NCBI GenBank assembly: GCA_011911785.1
Contig: GCA_011911785.1_4084.1
Reading direction: 5' to 3' (one strand)
Length of the DNA: 64,000 nt
Source of the DNA: a phage
The notes below the pieces were generated by a model, which saw nothing but the letters and a program-made list of their open reading frames with translations, did no database searches and was not told the DNA's origin. This document shows positions 1-7,439 of the stretch, piece by piece (within the stretch, counting starts at the first letter, position 1; every line of letters starts with the position of its first letter). Position numbers and translations under genes: made by a program.

Positions 1-141
1 TGATTTGTCTATCCCGTTGCATTGTACTGTACAGAATGTTAAACGCAAAAAAGATCTTTAATTAGCTTTACTTTATGCAGATACTTTGATATAGTGTCTG
101 CATAGGGGAAAGAAATTAAATTAACTTAAGAGGATAGTATA

Positions 142-411
142 ATGAAAAATATCAGTACTTTAATCGATGCAGGTACGCATGTTCGTCGGTCTATGGTTGC
201 AACCAGTACTACAAAACAAGTACCAAGCGGTTATCTTGTATTTGTACACGATGGAAAACTCCTGGAACGTTCAATCAATTTTGATGTTAAGAACAATTGT
301 CGTTTTATTATCTTTAAGCGTGAACAATATAAAATTGATTTGCCAGCGAAGCCCATTAGCGGGGCGTACAACGTGCAATCATTGTTTGAGCGTCAACCAT
401 ACACCTATTAA
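142..411 (+). CDS. hypothetical protein (89 aa)
   Basis: RBS AAGAGGA 7 nt upstream of ATG; intact ORF. Confidence 0.55.
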   Translation: MKNISTLIDAGTHVRRSMVATSTTKQVPSGYLVFVHDGKLLERSINFDVKNNCRFIIFKREQYKIDLPAKPISGAYNVQSLFERQPYTY

Positions 412-462
412 TCAAAACATCGTTAGCGGTCGATTTAGGCCGCTAATATTGAGGATAATACC

Positions 463-633
463 ATGAACGTTAATCAAGTACTGAATGAAGTTGAAAGCAT
501 CATTAAACCTATGCAGCGTAGCGATGCTATTCCTACACCGGAAGAATGCAGACTATACGAACAATACAGCGTAGAACAAGCCCAGGCGATGGCCCGTATT
601 CGTCCGGTTGCTAGTACTGATAAGGCGGTGTAA
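463..633 (+). CDS. hypothetical small protein (56 aa)
   Basis: below track cutoff; RBS GAGGA upstream of ATG 463; stop TAA 631-633. Confidence 0.4.
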   Translation: MNVNQVLNEVESIIKPMQRSDAIPTPEECRLYEQYSVEQAQAMARIRPVASTDKAV

Positions 634-634
634 T

Positions 635-844
635 ATGCTTACTGTACAGGATAAGATCGACATCTTAAAGGTTAATATGTATGTGATTGATGCCGTACCT
701 GGTAAAGTATTTGCATACGATGATTCTAATCGTAGTCCTTTCTATTGTAGTCATGTAGTTGGATACGTGCCGTTGGCGTATGTTATCGAAAGAGTGGTTG
801 ATGCAGCATACAATCATTTTTTAGAAAATAATACTTGCAATTAG
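635..844 (+). CDS. hypothetical protein (69 aa)
   Basis: track ORF 608-844 trimmed to ATG overlapping upstream stop (TAATATG). Confidence 0.4.
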   Translation: MLTVQDKIDILKVNMYVIDAVPGKVFAYDDSNRSPFYCSHVVGYVPLAYVIERVVDAAYNHFLENNTCN

Positions 845-896
845 TTTTCAGTACTGTATAATTGTTTACATAGAGGGGGGAAATGGTTCTCCCCTG
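835..896 (+). promoter_or_regulatory. sigma70-like promoter (TTGCAA-N16-TATAAT) plus G-rich 5'UTR stem-loop (PeSL-like cassette)
   Basis: TTGCAA 835-840, AGTACTG then TATAAT 857-862, hairpin GGGGGGAAatggTTCTCCCC about 873-895. Confidence 0.55.
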
Positions 897-913
897 ATAC
901 TAGGAGAATCAAA

Positions 914-1066
914 ATGAAACAATACAACGCTCGGTTTGATGTTACTATCGGCAACGGCAAAGGTCAATTTTCTTTCAGTACTCGTCGCAGTTATACAGAA
1001 AACTTCCTGCGTAATTGTGCATTGACCGCCGCACAAATTAAACATTACTTCCAGGCTAAAAAATGA
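914..1066 (+). CDS. hypothetical small protein (50 aa)
   Basis: RBS AGGAGAA upstream; below track cutoff. Confidence 0.45.
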   Translation: MKQYNARFDVTIGNGKGQFSFSTRRSYTENFLRNCALTAAQIKHYFQAKK

Positions 1067-1152
1067 AATCATTGGCTTATTACAGTTCGGCGGTGATCGG
1101 TGCATTGATCGCGGCATTGTTAGTAACCTATCTATTCTTTGTGGTGATTTAA
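1063..1152 (+). CDS. hypothetical 29-aa hydrophobic peptide (single predicted TM helix)
   Basis: ATGA stop/start overlap with previous ORF; MKSLAYYSSAVIGALIAALLVTYLFFVVI. Confidence 0.3.
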   Translation: MKSLAYYSSAVIGALIAALLVTYLFFVVI

Positions 1153-1290
1153 ATGAATCCTAACGGTTTAATTTACAGTGCTCCTAAAACGAAAGCAGAT
1201 AAAGCGAAAGCACGTAAAGCGAAAGTAAAGGAGTACATCAAGCAAGGCATGACGCGAAAAGCAGCAGTACTAAAAGCTAAAAATAAATGA
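1153..1290 (+). CDS. hypothetical Lys-rich small protein (45 aa)
   Basis: ATG directly after upstream stop; KAxKAK repeats. Confidence 0.35.
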   Translation: MNPNGLIYSAPKTKADKAKARKAKVKEYIKQGMTRKAAVLKAKNK

Positions 1291-1297
1291 AAAAAGT

Positions 1298-1375
1298 GGT
1301 TGACTTCGGTCAGCCATTTTGCTATTATATATTCATTGAGAGATAGCTCACTAGCCCACCGGGTGCGGAAGTGTA
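1298..1375 (+). promoter_or_regulatory. repeat copy 1 of 4: intrinsic-terminator hairpin fused to sigma70 promoter (TTGACT-N17-TATTAT) plus conserved leader
   Basis: hairpin TGGTTGAC-ttcg-GTCAGCCA then T-run; -35 inside 5' arm of stem; leader block ...AGCCCACCGGGTGC... Confidence 0.6.
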
Positions 1376-1409
1376 AATAAAATATATCAATCTAATAAGG
1401 AGTACTACA

Positions 1410-1592
1410 ATGTTTAAACCAATCGAACTAGCGGCATCACATATCATCGGTAAACCTGCCGTTATCATACGCCAGGAAGACGTAAACCTATGGATCATCT
1501 ATGTAGACATGAAAGAGATTGAGCGTCACGATGATTTCAAATCAGCGTCAATTGCGTATGATATGGCGTTATGTGAGTATCAAAGAGATTAA
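1410..1592 (+). CDS. hypothetical protein (60 aa)
   Basis: RBS AAGGAG upstream of ATG. Confidence 0.55.
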   Translation: MFKPIELAASHIIGKPAVIIRQEDVNLWIIYVDMKEIERHDDFKSASIAYDMALCEYQRD

Positions 1593-1612
1593 AAGTATTT
1601 TGCAAAAAGTAC

Positions 1613-1671
1613 TTGCATTGTACTTAGAATCAAGTATAATGTTTTACATAGCAAGGGGAAACGGTTTCCCC
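1613..1671 (+). promoter_or_regulatory. sigma70-like promoter (TTGCAT-N16-TATAAT) plus 5'UTR stem-loop (PeSL-like)
   Basis: AAGTAC-TTGCATT-GTACTT inverted repeat around -35; TATAAT 1635-1640; hairpin GGGGAAACggTTTCCCC 1655-1671. Confidence 0.6.
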
Positions 1672-1691
1672 TGGTAATAAGGAAACGAATC

Positions 1692-2033
1692 ATGACTATC
1701 TCAATTGCTCAATCTAACTTTGAAAACGAAATCATCGCCCAGGCACTGCGTTTAAATGATGGTCGGGCCGAAATTAATTACGGTTTCAATTCAGGCGGTT
1801 GTGAAAACTATCAGTACTTTGTAACGGCTGATGGCGGTGTCCTGGGAATCAATACAGTTATTGTAAACATTCAGAAAATTAATTTCAATGATCCAGACGA
1901 TAGCCAGTTTTACATTGTCGGCGTAGACGTGAACTATGAGGATGACTCACTAACTGATGATTGCACTGGTGAGAAGTTAGAAAGTGCATACGGTGAAGAT
2001 GATTATCAGTCCGGTCCAGAAGATTTCGAATAA
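1692..2033 (+). CDS. hypothetical acidic protein (113 aa)
   Basis: RBS AAGGAAA; D/E-rich C-terminal half. Confidence 0.6.
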   Translation: MTISIAQSNFENEIIAQALRLNDGRAEINYGFNSGGCENYQYFVTADGGVLGINTVIVNIQKINFNDPDDSQFYIVGVDVNYEDDSLTDDCTGEKLESAYGEDDYQSGPEDFE

Positions 2034-2047
2034 TATTAAAAAATAGT

Positions 2048-2106
2048 TTGACAATAGATTATAGTACTGTATAATAGTTTACATCAAGGGGAGAATAGTT
2101 CTCCCC
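2048..2106 (+). promoter_or_regulatory. sigma70-like promoter (TTGACA-N16-TATAAT) plus 5'UTR stem-loop (PeSL-like)
   Basis: TTGACA 2048-2053, AGTACTG-TATAAT 2070-2075, hairpin GGGGAGAAtagTTCTCCCC 2088-2106. Confidence 0.65.
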
Positions 2107-2128
2107 ACTAACAGAGAGAGAAAACAAA

Positions 2129-2341
2129 ATGGCTAATATCCGGTCGAAATTGAAAAATGCAAAACAAGTTTTATTTTCAGACCATGAATACTTTAATAAA
2201 GATATTACAGGAGTTACAAGTATCAAGGAAGTAAAAGAAAAAACTGGCGTTTTGTGTGATGTGCGATTGGTTGGAACATTTGGGAATAACGTGCTATATC
2301 GATGCGGTGATTATAACTTTACATTAACCATTATCGATTAA
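2129..2341 (+). CDS. hypothetical protein (70 aa)
   Basis: ORF downstream of promoter cassette; RBS GAGAGAGA. Confidence 0.55.
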   Translation: MANIRSKLKNAKQVLFSDHEYFNKDITGVTSIKEVKEKTGVLCDVRLVGTFGNNVLYRCGDYNFTLTIID

Positions 2342-2360
2342 AAATATTATCACAGTACTA

Positions 2361-2389
2361 TTGACAAAGATTGATAGTACTGGCATAAT
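2361..2389 (+). promoter_or_regulatory. sigma70-like promoter (TTGACA-N17-CATAAT)
   Basis: TTGACA 2361-2366, AGTACTG, CATAAT 2384-2389. Confidence 0.5.
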
Positions 2390-2423
2390 AGATTTTATCA
2401 ACTACACTACTAAGGAATTAAAA

Positions 2424-2603
2424 ATGGCTATCATCGCAAAAACTGAAATCGTTGGTCTGGATTCTATCATCATGACGTTTGAAGATCAAAAAGGGATGTA
2501 TGTAGTTTCCTATGGTGATTATGTTCGGGAGTATGAAACGGTAGACGAAGCCTTTGAAAGTTACATTCGCCAGGTGAATAAAGCATACGACGACTACCGC
2601 TAA
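2424..2603 (+). CDS. hypothetical small protein (59 aa)
   Basis: track ORF 2361-2603 trimmed: its first ATG lies inside the promoter; RBS AAGGAA precedes ATG 2424. Confidence 0.5.
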   Translation: MAIIAKTEIVGLDSIIMTFEDQKGMYVVSYGDYVREYETVDEAFESYIRQVNKAYDDYR

Positions 2604-2630
2604 AATATATTACCAGTACTATTAAAGATA

Positions 2631-2658
2631 TTGACATAGTTTGATAGTACTGTATAAT
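2631..2658 (+). promoter_or_regulatory. sigma70-like promoter (TTGACA-N16-TATAAT)
   Basis: TTGACA 2631-2636, AGTACTG-TATAAT 2653-2658. Confidence 0.55.
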
Positions 2659-2702
2659 AAGTTTTATCAACAGTAGTTAACTTAACCTAAGAGAGAAAGA
2701 AA

Positions 2703-2846
2703 ATGATCGCACTGGATTCATTCATCGAAGCAGTACTGGCAAAAACTGGCGAAGATCTGACCGCAGAACAATACGCAATGATCGAACAATGCCAGCAAGA
2801 CGGTAAATCGGTGAAAGATACTGTTAAGATTATCCGCAAGATGTAA
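2703..2846 (+). CDS. hypothetical small protein (47 aa)
   Basis: RBS AGAGAGAAAG; below track cutoff; followed by intrinsic terminator. Confidence 0.45.
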   Translation: MIALDSFIEAVLAKTGEDLTAEQYAMIEQCQQDGKSVKDTVKIIRKM

Positions 2847-2852
2847 GATTAT

Positions 2853-2883
2853 AGCCCACTGGTTAACGCTGGTGGGCTTTTTA
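2853..2883 (+). terminator. rho-independent terminator
   Basis: stem AGCCCAC/GTGGGCT followed by TTTTT. Confidence 0.65.
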
Positions 2884-2967
2884 GTATATACCTATCCGAT
2901 AGTACTACAAAATAGATTAGCTCGTTAGAATGCGTTTGAGAGCGTTTAAATAAGTACTAAAAAGTAA

Positions 2968-2995
2968 TTGACAGTACTGAAAGATAGTATATAAT
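2968..2995 (+). promoter_or_regulatory. sigma70-like promoter (TTGACA-N16-TATAAT)
   Basis: TTGACA 2968-2973 then AGTACTG; TATAAT 2990-2995. Confidence 0.55.
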
Positions 2996-3024
2996 ATTTT
3001 ATATCTTAACTGAGGATAGAAATC

Positions 3025-3381
3025 ATGGGAATACAACACATCACGCGTACTACTGACAATGGTGAGATCACTGGTTATCAAGTACAGGGAAAAGCGTCAC
3101 AATTGCAGTACTGGTTTGAAAAACGTGGATTGATTGCACCGGATCTTGATTATGACCGTGTAGCGTTTATTGATTCTCTTTATGTTGATTCTGCTAGTCG
3201 GGGTAATGGTGAAGGCACGGAATTGATGAACGCCTTTATTGATGCCGCCGATGATTCAGATTGTATCATTTTAGAATGCGATACGGGAGAAGATAACGCC
3301 TTTAATCTTAAAGAATGGTACGAAGGTTTCGGATTCGAAGTACTGATCGATAGTGAATATCCTATCATGATTTTATCGTAG
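3025..3381 (+). CDS. putative GNAT-family N-acetyltransferase (118 aa)
   Basis: RBS GAGGA; segment VAFIDSLYVDSASRGNGEGTELM resembles GNAT motif A (R-G-x-G-x-G). Confidence 0.5.
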   Translation: MGIQHITRTTDNGEITGYQVQGKASQLQYWFEKRGLIAPDLDYDRVAFIDSLYVDSASRGNGEGTELMNAFIDAADDSDCIILECDTGEDNAFNLKEWYEGFGFEVLIDSEYPIMILS

Positions 3382-3394
3382 TACTAAAAAGTAA

Positions 3395-3451
3395 TTGACA
3401 GTACTGATAGATAGTGTATAATGTTTTACATGAAGGGGAAACATCTTCCCC
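3395..3451 (+). promoter_or_regulatory. sigma70-like promoter plus 5'UTR stem-loop (PeSL-like)
   Basis: TTGACA 3395-3400, TATAAT 3417-3422, hairpin GGGGAAacatcTTCCCC. Confidence 0.6.
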
Positions 3452-3463
3452 TACTAAGAGGAA

Positions 3464-3658
3464 ATGAAAATGGAAAACTTATCAAGTATTTTAGTACAAG
3501 ATGAATACGGCAATCCAGGAAGTGCTATCATTGTTCGGGGTAATAAGGCAACGTTTGTTATTGCTGGTGGACCTGTACAGCGTAGCATTAAAAACAATGC
3601 CGTTACTATTAATAATGTACGCTATCGCTTAGATAAAGAATTGATTCACAAACTGTAA
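3464..3658 (+). CDS. hypothetical protein (64 aa)
   Basis: RBS AAGAGGA upstream. Confidence 0.55.
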   Translation: MKMENLSSILVQDEYGNPGSAIIVRGNKATFVIAGGPVQRSIKNNAVTINNVRYRLDKELIHKL

Positions 3659-3685
3659 TATTAATTTAATAGAGGATAACAATAA

Positions 3686-4009
3686 ATGTACATTCATACT
3701 ACTATCACAAAGGAAGTCCGTTGCCAGTTCGAAAGTATTCCGGGCGTATGTTTCATCACTGGTACGTTTTCCCCTGGTGATCGTGATAATCCAGTACTGT
3801 TACAATTACGCCATCCATCATGGGATAAAGCATTTGATCTACCGTTGAATGAATTCGCAACTACTGCTGAAAAGTACATTAAAAATATTCGCGAGAATGA
3901 TCGACTATTCATTAATGCTTTTAGTGATTCCGCGTTAAGCGAGATCCACGGCGTATTGGTTGCAATCATGGAATCTATGCAGAAAACTAAATTCAAACAA
4001 GGTGAATAA
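3686..4009 (+). CDS. hypothetical protein (107 aa)
   Basis: RBS GAGGA upstream of ATG. Confidence 0.6.
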   Translation: MYIHTTITKEVRCQFESIPGVCFITGTFSPGDRDNPVLLQLRHPSWDKAFDLPLNEFATTAEKYIKNIRENDRLFINAFSDSALSEIHGVLVAIMESMQKTKFKQGE

Positions 4010-4015
4010 AAACTA

Positions 4016-4075
4016 TTGACAATGCAATCCAGTACTGTATAATAAGTTACATGAAGGGGAGAAATGATTCTCCCC
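4016..4075 (+). promoter_or_regulatory. sigma70-like promoter plus 5'UTR stem-loop (PeSL-like)
   Basis: TTGACA 4016-4021, AGTACTG-TATAAT 4038-4043, hairpin GGGGAGAAatgaTTCTCCCC 4056-4075. Confidence 0.65.
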
Positions 4076-4093
4076 AGTACTGAGGAAAGAAAA

Positions 4094-4306
4094 ATGCAAG
4101 GTCAACTAATCGTTCGTAAATGGTCTGATACTAACGAAAAACCGTGGGATGTACAATACATCGCCCCCAATGGTGAATCCAGATATCAACCAGGTGTAAC
4201 GCATAGTACTGAGCAATTCGCCGCCGCACACCGTGAACGCCTGTTACAATCCATGCAGCAAGGCTTCGGTGAAAAATTCATCCAAGATCATTGGCTGAAA
4301 GATTAA
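4094..4306 (+). CDS. hypothetical protein (70 aa)
   Basis: track ORF 4064-4306 trimmed: first ATG is inside the UTR hairpin; RBS GAGGAAAG precedes ATG 4094. Confidence 0.55.
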   Translation: MQGQLIVRKWSDTNEKPWDVQYIAPNGESRYQPGVTHSTEQFAAAHRERLLQSMQQGFGEKFIQDHWLKD

Positions 4307-4314
4307 AAAAGTAC

Positions 4315-4371
4315 TTGTGAAGTACTTAGAATCAAGTATAATGTTTTACATAGAGAGGGGAATAGTTCCCC
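4315..4371 (+). promoter_or_regulatory. sigma70-like promoter (TTGTGA-N16-TATAAT) plus 5'UTR stem-loop (PeSL-like)
   Basis: TATAAT 4337-4342, hairpin GGGGAAtagTTCCCC 4357-4371. Confidence 0.55.
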
Positions 4372-4393
4372 TCCTAACAAAAAGGAAAGTAAC

Positions 4394-4567
4394 ATGATCC
4401 AAGTAGAATTGACAGTACTGAAAGATCTGTTTTATCGGATGGGTACTACTGGCGAATATCCGAAAGGTGATACCGCAAAACTTTACGTATCGCTGGATGT
4501 ATGGCAACGCGAACAATTAGCAACGGCCTGGCGTAAAGGCAAAGCAGATCGCGAGGTGCAAGCATGA
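4394..4567 (+). CDS. hypothetical small protein (57 aa)
   Basis: RBS AAGGAAAG; below track cutoff. Confidence 0.45.
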   Translation: MIQVELTVLKDLFYRMGTTGEYPKGDTAKLYVSLDVWQREQLATAWRKGKADREVQA

Positions 4568-4713
4568 AAGAATACTTATTCGAAGTTACATTTTTGGGGC
4601 AAGGTATGCACCAACTAGTAAGATCCAGCGGTTATAGTCTTAACCAGGCATGGAATAACTTAAAGAAAATGTACCCTAACGCTATCACATATCGCAACCC
4701 AAAAGAAGTTTAA
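4564..4713 (+). CDS. hypothetical small protein (49 aa)
   Basis: ATGA stop/start overlap with previous ORF. Confidence 0.4.
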   Translation: MKEYLFEVTFLGQGMHQLVRSSGYSLNQAWNNLKKMYPNAITYRNPKEV

Positions 4714-4727
4714 AAATAATTGAAAAA

Positions 4728-4806
4728 GGGATTGACTCCGGTCAGTCCCTTTGCTATTATATACGCATAGAAACAAATCAGCCCACAGGGTGCATAAATG
4801 TATCTA
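4728..4806 (+). promoter_or_regulatory. repeat copy 2 of 4: terminator hairpin fused to promoter (TTGACT-N17-TATTAT) plus conserved leader
   Basis: hairpin GGGATTGAC-tccg-GTCAGTCCC then TTT; TATTAT 4755-4760. Confidence 0.65.
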
Positions 4807-4859
4807 TTATATGCTGGTGGACGTATTATCTAGTACTGAAAACTATTATAAAAAAGTAC

Positions 4860-4926
4860 TTGCATTGTACTTAGAATCAAGTATAATGTTTTACATCAGG
4901 ACGGGGAATGAAACAAGTAACCCCGT
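4860..4926 (+). promoter_or_regulatory. sigma70-like promoter (TTGCAT-N16-TATAAT) plus stem-loop
   Basis: TATAAT 4882-4887; hairpin ACGGGG...CCCCGT 4901-4926. Confidence 0.5.
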
Positions 4927-4975
4927 TAAGTAGTCCAGGAGTAAGACATAAGAAAACCTCCCCTGATAAAATAGT

Positions 4976-5003
4976 TTGACAATAGAAAGTAAACGAGTAT
5001 AAT
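4976..5003 (+). promoter_or_regulatory. sigma70-like promoter (TTGACA-N16-TATAAT)
   Basis: TTGACA 4976-4981, TATAAT 4998-5003. Confidence 0.55.
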
Positions 5004-5035
5004 ACTTACATCAACCACTGATAAGGAAACATAAA

Positions 5036-5311
5036 ATGCGGATTCTACTGACAGCTAACGAAATCGAACAAGTACTGACTACTAACCTGCAAGACTGGAA
5101 ACGTGAAGCAGATATCCAGGCGGTTCAATGGCTTAACGATAAGTTAACGCCGGATGACTTAAGCAAGATTGTAGATCCTCAATTCTATGAAGATATTCAC
5201 GACACCGCGTTAAGCGTCGAGGATGTACTTGATAAGCACTACATTGATATTGATTTGCAGGTTTACGGTCGTAAAAACTTTATCACTATTCACGACATTT
5301 ACAATAATTAA
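5036..5311 (+). CDS. hypothetical protein (91 aa)
   Basis: RBS AAGGAAA upstream of ATG. Confidence 0.6.
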   Translation: MRILLTANEIEQVLTTNLQDWKREADIQAVQWLNDKLTPDDLSKIVDPQFYEDIHDTALSVEDVLDKHYIDIDLQVYGRKNFITIHDIYNN

Positions 5312-5314
5312 GTA

Positions 5315-5375
5315 TTGACAAAGTATCTTAGTACTGTATAATAGTTTACATCAAGTGAGGGGAATGGTTCCCCTC
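5315..5375 (+). promoter_or_regulatory. sigma70-like promoter plus 5'UTR stem-loop (PeSL-like)
   Basis: TTGACA 5315-5320, TATAAT 5337-5342, hairpin GAGGGGAAtggTTCCCCTC; near-identical to cassette at 5585. Confidence 0.65.
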
Positions 5376-5398
5376 CTAACTAAAAGAGAGAAATAAAA

Positions 5399-5581
5399 AT
5401 GGCTAAGTGCACTATCTGTAAGAAAGAAATCGTATTAGTTCCAAGTGCCCGTGAACGTGCCGCTCGGTTCGGTGGCAAAGCGTCAGACTATACAAAAATG
5501 TTTACTACCCATGCAGATTGCCAGGTAGCAAAACGTTCACAAGAAAGCGTAGAATTAATGCGTAAACTTTCCAGAAAATAA
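5399..5581 (+). CDS. hypothetical protein (60 aa), possible Zn-ribbon (CxxC...HxxC)
   Basis: RBS AGAGAGA; CTICKK...HADC. Confidence 0.5.
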   Translation: MAKCTICKKEIVLVPSARERAARFGGKASDYTKMFTTHADCQVAKRSQESVELMRKLSRK

Positions 5582-5584
5582 GTA

Positions 5585-5646
5585 TTGACAAAGTATCTTA
5601 GTACTGTATAATAGTTTACATCGAGTGAGGGGAAACGGTTCCCCTC
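5585..5646 (+). promoter_or_regulatory. sigma70-like promoter plus 5'UTR stem-loop (PeSL-like)
   Basis: TTGACA 5585-5590, TATAAT 5607-5612, hairpin GAGGGGAAacggTTCCCCTC. Confidence 0.65.
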
Positions 5647-5669
5647 CTAACAAAGAGAGAGAAATAAAA

Positions 5670-5993
5670 ATGGCTATGATCCTCACCCAGAAAGTAGAAC
5701 TGAAAATTGTAACCTCCTTTGACATTAAAGTTAATCGGTGGACTGATTCACACGGCAATACTTACCACTCTTGCTACGTGTCTGCTTTGATTGGTGATCG
5801 CTGGGAGGATTTAGGACATGAAACCTTTACTTACGGTTACGGCACACAAGGCGAATACACAGGCTTGGAGATCATTAAAGAAACCGTTATAGGTTTCAAC
5901 CCGAAAGAAAAAGTTATTCATCAAATAGAAAAAGAGATCAACAAAGAAATAACAGTTCGATACTACGATGTAAAACGTAAGAAAGACATGTAA
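5670..5993 (+). CDS. hypothetical protein (107 aa)
   Basis: track ORF 5625-5993 trimmed to ATG after RBS GAGAGAGA; upstream part is promoter/hairpin. Confidence 0.55.
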   Translation: MAMILTQKVELKIVTSFDIKVNRWTDSHGNTYHSCYVSALIGDRWEDLGHETFTYGYGTQGEYTGLEIIKETVIGFNPKEKVIHQIEKEINKEITVRYYDVKRKKDM

Positions 5994-6015
5994 TAGAATC
6001 CATTTAAAGTACTAT

Positions 6016-6044
6016 TTGACATTGCCCAGATAGTACTTTATAAT
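6016..6044 (+). promoter_or_regulatory. sigma70-like promoter (TTGACA-N17-TATAAT)
   Basis: TTGACA 6016-6021, TATAAT 6039-6044. Confidence 0.5.
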
Positions 6045-6092
6045 AGACTCTAGCTTGTAGTACTAATTAACTTAACTAATAGGATGTATACC

Positions 6093-6488
6093 ATGATTAC
6101 TAAATTCTACGCTACCCGTGAAGCTGCCCGTATTGTTGCACGCGAGGAAGGAGCAGCATTTAAAGACATGGGCACGACCGCACCGAAAGGCCAACGCTGG
6201 GCCGTACAGTTCAAAGAAATCTCTGATATTGTGCATTCACCTGAGCCAGTACTAACAGCAGCAGAACTAAAACGAGCGGATATGCTGGCGGCAGTACTTA
6301 ACGCACAAGATGAGTTTATCGCTGGTTCTGATATCAAAGTACAGGTAAATGCTAATGCATGGACTCACGCGGATCACCTGGCTAACCTGAAGCGTCCAAG
6401 TGAACTGGTTCGCAACCAAAAAGAGATCCGTCATGATCGTAAGGGTAATCGTGTAACAGTATACAGTAAACGCCGCCAGGTTATCTAA
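6093..6488 (+). CDS. hypothetical protein (131 aa)
   Basis: RBS AGGA then ATG 6093 (track starts 6084); followed by terminator. Confidence 0.6.
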   Translation: MITKFYATREAARIVAREEGAAFKDMGTTAPKGQRWAVQFKEISDIVHSPEPVLTAAELKRADMLAAVLNAQDEFIAGSDIKVQVNANAWTHADHLANLKRPSELVRNQKEIRHDRKGNRVTVYSKRRQVI

Positions 6489-6510
6489 TAACTTGCAGTA
6501 CTAACAACAC

Positions 6511-6536
6511 GGCGGGATCAGTTCCCGCCTTTTTTA
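6511..6536 (+). terminator. rho-independent terminator
   Basis: stem GGCGGGA/TCCCGCC followed by TTTTTT. Confidence 0.7.
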
Positions 6537-6550
6537 TAGGATAAACTAAA

Positions 6551-6805
6551 ATGATTAAGGTTCAACTATCAAAAGATAATATCTTGCGGGTACACTATAA
6601 AGCACCACAGAGAATCATCACAAAGGCCGTACAGCTTGCTAATGAGTTTATTAATGGTAATCTATTGCCCAGGAAGTTAAGCAACGGCAAACTGCGTGTA
6701 ATCGATGTAGACACTAACAACAGAATAGTAATCGAGAATACAGGAAAGATAAACCTATATGAACACCAACAATATAATAAGAAAATAAAACTAATATCAC
6801 GTTGA
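6551..6805 (+). CDS. hypothetical protein (84 aa)
   Basis: RBS AGGA upstream of ATG. Confidence 0.5.
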   Translation: MIKVQLSKDNILRVHYKAPQRIITKAVQLANEFINGNLLPRKLSNGKLRVIDVDTNNRIVIENTGKINLYEHQQYNKKIKLISR

Positions 6806-6830
6806 CAGTACTCAATTGTTTTAGTACTAT
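6802..6830 (+). promoter_or_regulatory. sigma70-like promoter (TTGACA-N17-TACTAT)
   Basis: duplicated cassette, also at 7078. Confidence 0.45.
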
Positions 6831-6858
6831 GTATCTATACCAACACGGGAGAAACAAA

Positions 6859-7077
6859 ATGAAATTATCTAAAATCGAAAAGAAAACTATTGATGAAGCA
6901 GTTAAGCACGGTTATACCTTTCGTAATGATTCACATTTTACCAATTTTCAACAAGGGTATCGTACTATTAAAAAACTTATTGACAAAGGTTTATTAGTTG
7001 AAGTCAATAACGGTAACGGTATCGAGTATCAACCAACACAAGACGCATTATCTTTAAAGAAATATGCAATTATCTAA
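6859..7077 (+). CDS. hypothetical protein (72 aa)
   Basis: track ORF 6802 trimmed to ATG after RBS GGGAGAAA. Confidence 0.5.
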   Translation: MKLSKIEKKTIDEAVKHGYTFRNDSHFTNFQQGYRTIKKLIDKGLLVEVNNGNGIEYQPTQDALSLKKYAII

Positions 7078-7106
7078 TTGACAGTACTCAATTGTTTTAG
7101 TACTAT
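7078..7106 (+). promoter_or_regulatory. sigma70-like promoter (TTGACA-N17-TACTAT)
   Basis: near-identical copy of cassette at 6802. Confidence 0.45.
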
Positions 7107-7142
7107 ATGTACATACCAACACGGAATAACTGGAGAAACAAA

Positions 7143-7370
7143 ATGATTAATATCTTAGAACGCATCAAAGAAACTACTACGCTGGTGGATCTACTCAATG
7201 TACTGACTTTTAAAGTAACTCGGTTTAGTACTCCTGAATTTATCAACCTCATTGATAGTAAAGGTGAATACCGCATCACTATTGAAAATGGTCGTGCTAA
7301 TGTATTCAGTACTAAATCAGGTAAAACCGCAATTCATTCAGTAATTGCAAATAAAACTGTTGCAATCTAA
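7143..7370 (+). CDS. hypothetical protein (75 aa)
   Basis: track ORF 7107 trimmed to ATG after RBS GGAGAAA. Confidence 0.5.
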   Translation: MINILERIKETTTLVDLLNVLTFKVTRFSTPEFINLIDSKGEYRITIENGRANVFSTKSGKTAIHSVIANKTVAI

Positions 7371-7378
7371 TTAGTACT

Positions 7379-7438
7379 AACATATAATAGTCACATCAAG
7401 GCAGGGAATACCTCCCTGCTATCTTAAAGAGTAAATGC
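7379..7438 (+). promoter_or_regulatory. sigma70-like promoter (TTGCAA-N17-TATAAT) plus 5'UTR stem-loop
   Basis: TATAAT 7402-7407; hairpin GCAGGGA...TCCCTGC. Confidence 0.5.
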
Positions 7439-7439
7439 A

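Noticed and set aside
167-466. Alternative-frame plus-strand ORF (99 aa) overlapping 142-411
   Set aside because: No RBS; the overlapping frame 142-411 has a canonical AAGAGGA-ATG start.
866-1117. Minus-strand ORF (83 aa) from the six-frame track
   Set aside because: It lies antisense to a promoter/hairpin cassette and three small plus-strand ORFs, with no RBS or promoter. The same applies to every minus-strand track ORF in the window (for example 2470-2670, 3694-3996, 6107-6337, 37951-38445, 46981-47364, 47374-47646), which are hydrophobic or low-complexity antisense artefacts of plus-strand genes.
2361-2423. N-terminal extensions of track ORFs (2361, 4064, 5625, 6802, 7107, 9543, 9884, 11240, 11707, 22328, 38616)
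   Set aside because: In each case the first in-frame ATG lies inside the promoter or 5'UTR hairpin, and an RBS-proximal ATG downstream is the likely true start.
4751-4933. Plus-strand track ORF (60 aa) spanning repeat copy 2
   Set aside because: It runs through the terminator-promoter repeat leader and the next promoter/hairpin, has no RBS, and its sequence is dictated by conserved regulatory DNA.
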